DNA of 27,450 bases from Zygophlyctis sp. KS116 (Eukaryota > Fungi > Chytridiomycota): contig BAAFSQ010000132.1 in the NCBI GenBank assembly GCA_054661495.1, positions 1 to 27,450 on the forward strand, written 5' to 3'. The position numbers were made by a program, and so were the translations under genes. The notes under the pieces are model-generated. The model made no database searches and was not told where the DNA came from. It saw only the letters and a list, made by a program, of their open reading frames with translations. Below, piece after piece: positions 23,683-27,450 of this stretch. Every line of letters begins with the position of its first letter. Positions within the stretch are counted from its first letter, which is position 1.

Positions 23683-25724
23683 ATGGAACAATTTACGAAT
23701 CCTTATCTAGACTCTCCCCAATGTATTGCACCAAATTCTATATATCAGCAAAATAGTAGCCCTGACTCTGCCATTTATGGGGCGGTGTATTCTGGAGTTC
23801 CGGTCTATGAAATGATGTGTCGTAATGTAGCTGTAATGAGAAGAAAAGATGATTCTTACTTGAATGCAACTCAAATACTTAAAGTTGCTGGAATAGATAA
23901 AGGTAGAAGGACTAAAATTCTCGAAAAGGAAATTATTAATGGTCAGCATGAAAAGGTTCAAGGAGGTTATGGGAAATATCAGGGAACTTGGTACTTTTGA
24001 TTATTTACTTTTAGGATTCCTTTCCAAAGAGGTTGTCAGTTGGCTGCTCAATTTAATGTAGATTCTCAATTATCTCCCATTTTAAATTTTATTCCTCCAT
24101 CACCAGGTACAGTAGATGCAACACCGTCAAAGGAACAGGTTTTGGCTTCTTCAAATAAAAATGGTTCGTCACTTGGAAAACATAAAAGAGCGGATAAAAC
24201 TTCTCCAGAATTAACAACTACAAGAAAAGGAAGAAAAAAGTCAATGGCAAATGTAGAAAATAATGAAAATCATTTTGTATATCCTTTGAAAACTCAAGAA
24301 GTTGTTCAGGGCTCTGGTGAAAGACATCGTGCGACTTTAATGGCAATGTTTTTAAGTGATTCTCCAATGACAATACCAGATATTCTGATTTCTCCTCACC
24401 CTCCAATGGATCTGGATGTAAATATTGTGATAGATGATCAGGGCCATACTGCAATACACTGGGCTGCTGCTCTGGCTAGAGTGGATATATTGAGACTGTT
24501 AATTACAAAGGTTTCTATTTATTATTTTAAGAATTAGGGTGGAGATATTCTACGAGTAAATTTTAGCAATGAATCTGCTCTTATTCGTGCGGTTTTGGTT
24601 ACAAACAACTTTGATTCTCAAACTTTTCCCGAGCTATTAACTCTATTGGCTCCTTCTTTGCATCTTTTGGACTCAAGCAGGAGAACAGTACTGCATCATA
24701 TTGCTCATGTTGCATCTAATAAAGGGAGAGGTGCTGCTACCAGGTACTATATGGAATGTATCCTTGAATATGTTGCAAAACATGGAGGGAATTTTTCTAG
24801 TTTTATTGATGCAGTTGACATTCATGGTGACACAGCCCTTAATTTAGCTGCGAGAATCGGTGCCCGTAACTTGGTTGATCAGCTGATGGATGCAGGAGCA
24901 AACTCTGAAATAGAGAATTTGGCAGGTTTGAATCCATCATCTTTTGGATTTTCAAGATTTCACGATCATGTGTCGGTTAGTTCCTTATAATTAAATGTAG
25001 TCTTCCAATTCAAGATCTTCAGATCTTATTCAGTATCCAGGAGATAGTCCATCTGGACAAATTAAGGATGGTTATTCCCTTTCTACCAGAGTTGTGTTTC
25101 CTTCCATTACAAATGATGATCATGATCACAAGAGGGACAGTGGACGTCAAAGTAAATAAACTCTCTAATACTCTAGGTATAATACCAAGTCCATTGGAAG
25201 AAACTCAATCTCAGCTCCGTGATTTAACCAAAGAGTTGGTAGATCTTCGAAAGCAGAATGAATTTTTAAGGGATCAAAATCGAAGAATCCCAGAGCTTGA
25301 AGAAAAAATCAGAGTTTTATCTGAAGGACTTGAAGAAGAGATTTCTCGCCGTGCAACTGTACCCTTGGCTGTGCCAGATGGAGGACTGATATCAATCACT
25401 GATGAAATCCACCATGATGGATCTATTGAATCTCTCTTAAATGAAATTACTCTATTAAAGTCTAGTCTAGTAAGCAAAGAAGCATTGGAGCAGGAACTGC
25501 GTCGTGAATTAGTATCAGTCAAAAGTTGTACAGACTCTCAAGAATTTAAATGCAAGCAAATCATTGCTGCATGTGTGGGTGTTCCTATTGAAAGCGTGGA
25601 AACCCTGCTTGATCCATTGTTTCGGGCTATTGAATCTGATGATCCTGTTGATGTGATGGATATGAATCAAATGTCAACATTTATGACTCGAGTCAAGGAG
25701 CATGATAAAGATTTGATAAAATAG
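23683..25724 (+). CDS. SBF/MBF-type G1/S transcription factor (Swi4/Mbp1/Res1-like: KilA-N/APSES + ankyrin + coiled coil)
   Basis: [54 protein letters not shown]|[30 protein letters not shown]. Introns of 24, 27, 25 and 25 nt. Confidence 0.93.
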
Positions 25725-25772
25725 CTCTTAGAAAATATTAATACTTTTTTGTGTTGAATTTCTTAAAATTTG

Positions 25773-27450
25773 ATGAAAATTAAGCTAATATCCGAATCTT
25801 TTGTACCGAAATACAGCCAATTGTCCGAACTGTATGATCAGTCTGTCCTTGAATATCAAAAGTATAATCATTGTTATTAATGAAATTAGGAGCCGATATT
25901 CATCTTTACGACAAGAGTTTTACCAGAGATTTAATAGAAATCCAGACTTTTACGTCCGTTCGCCTGGAAGAGTCAACTTGATCGGAGAACATATCGATTA
26001 CTCATTGTTTGCTGTAATGCCAATGGCGATTGATCGGGATGTGATTGTAAGATACAAAAATTAAATTTAGATGGCTATAGCAACAGTTGAGAGTGATTCT
26101 CCCAGTGTTACAATCGCAAATATAAATTCTGAATATCCAGAGCATCAATTTGATCATGATTCTCATAATATTGTTGATATTGATGCGTCGGTTCATGAAT
26201 GGTCGAATTATTTCAAGTGTGGATATAAAGGGATCTTTGAGAAACTCAAGTTGAAAGCGACTAAAAGTTTAATGATTATGATGGATGGGACTGTTCCTCT
26301 GGTACGATTTCAAAATATTTAAAAAGTTAGGGAGGCGGACTATCTTCCAGTGCAGCTTTTGTATGTTGTTCAGCCTTAGGAACAATGGTAGCATATCAGC
26401 AGTCTTTAAAGATGGTATTTTTTCATTATTATAATTTGAGGGAGAGCTTACTCAAGTTGCAATAGATAGTGAAAGATATGCTGGCGTTCAGTCTGGTGGA
26501 ATGGATCAAAGTATTTCAATAATGGCTAAAGCTGGCTGCCCCTTAATTATACTTTTCTGGACATGCCAGCCGGATCTGTATGTAATGCCTGTGAGTTTCT
26601 GTTGCAGTCCCGTATTTGTAATCGCAAATACTCTTGTCACTGCTGAAAAACACTTAACTGCCCCGACTAATTACAATCTTCGTGTTGTAGAAGTTAGATT
26701 AGCTGCTGCTCTACTGGCAAAGAAATTGGAGTTGGTACATGATCAACCTCTAATTACGCTTCGGGAAGTACAGGATTACTATTGTAAATCAAAAGGTTTG
26801 GAAATAGCAGATTTGGGTTACAATTCTTTTCGACATATTGATATTCTAGCTGCTCTTCTAGAGGAAGTGGAAACATTTATTGGGAAAAAACCTTATTCAA
26901 AGGAAGAGATCGCTTCTGAATTAGGAATGAGTGTAGAAGGTATGGAAGCGCATTTTGTTGGATCAATAGTCATTCGTGCAGAAGGTTTCGAGCTTTATAA
27001 GCGAGCGAAACATGTTATATCCGAGGCTAGGCGAGTTTATATGTTTATGGGTGTTGCAGAGTACTTTGAGAAAGGACCTCAGGCGATTCCGCTTGAATCT
27101 TGGACAAGGCCAGAACCTTGTGAGATAACGGAATCTTGGAAGAAAAATAGGTTGCAGGTACGTTGAATAGCATTTATTGAATAGGAATTGGGAGAGCTAA
27201 TGAATTCTTCTCAGGAGAGTTGTCGTGATTTGTTCAATTGTAGCTGTCCAGCTCTTGATGAACTGACCAGCCTTGCTCTAAAACATGGTGCTTATGGAAG
27301 CCGGCTGACTGGAGCGGGGTGGGGAGGATGTACTGTTTCTTTGGTGGAAGCTGACAAGATCGATGACTTTATATACTCTCTAAAAAAAGACTATTATCAG
27401 AAAATTCTACCGAATGTAGCTTTGGATGATCCGATCTTAAATGAATATAT
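25773..27450 (+). CDS. GAL1: Galactokinase (GHMP kinase), 3' end beyond window
   Basis: ATG 25773 plus the 28-nt intron at 25862-25889 gives VPKYSQLSELY..RSPGRVNLIGEHIDY. Also GGGLSSSA, GGMDQ, YNLRVVE and GSRLTGAGWGGC. Other introns at 26047-26070, 26302-26330, 26415-26440 and 27158-27184. Confidence 0.95.
26172..26506. repeat. Right arm of a long inverted repeat (partner 20160-20494); second block 27320 to beyond 27450 pairs with 20030-20160
   Basis: Direct base-by-base comparison with the reverse complement. Confidence 0.95.

Noticed and set aside
25789-25830. TCCGAA-like motif cluster as a GAL1 promoter, and ORF start at 25801
   Set aside because: The cluster lies within GAL1 exon 1 once ATG 25773 and intron 25862-25889 are used.
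19926-26171. Transposase or recombinase driving the inversion
   Set aside because: No DDE, tyrosine/serine recombinase or HUH motifs recognised, and no terminal repeats or target-site duplication seen.

Overview
This is eukaryotic nuclear DNA from an extremely compact, AT-rich genome. It is most likely a flagellated (zoosporic) early-diverging fungus such as a chytrid: fungal-type Kin4/Ppk1 kinase, Ubp2 and APSES-ankyrin SBF/MBF factor occur together with the motile-cilium gene CCDC39 and a CDKL kinase. The ORF track is fragmented because genes are split by about 65 ultra-short GT-AG introns (23-34 nt in my manual tracing). After splicing there are 17 protein-coding genes: 5' end of a secreted protein, KIN4-like, RPB9, MARCH/RING-CH ligase, PDCD5, ribokinase, ankyrin protein, LST8, CRAL-TRIO, UBP2, DRS2, CCDC39, CDKL, Zn-finger-like/ankyrin protein, SAP-SAM protein, SWI4/MBP1-like and GAL1 (runs off the window). 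Gaps between coding sequences are often under 50 nt, and some coding sequences overlap. The most striking structure is a near-identical, intron-retaining, internally deleted inverted copy of GAL1 at 19975-20494. With the intact GAL1 it brackets a 5.7 kb segment. This could be an inversion scar, a flip-flop GAL1 ON/OFF cassette, or an amplification chimera. A motif ATGTCCGA recurs in intergenic DNA only, and short tandem repeats occur in many promoters. All gene models were built by eye and no database search was run.
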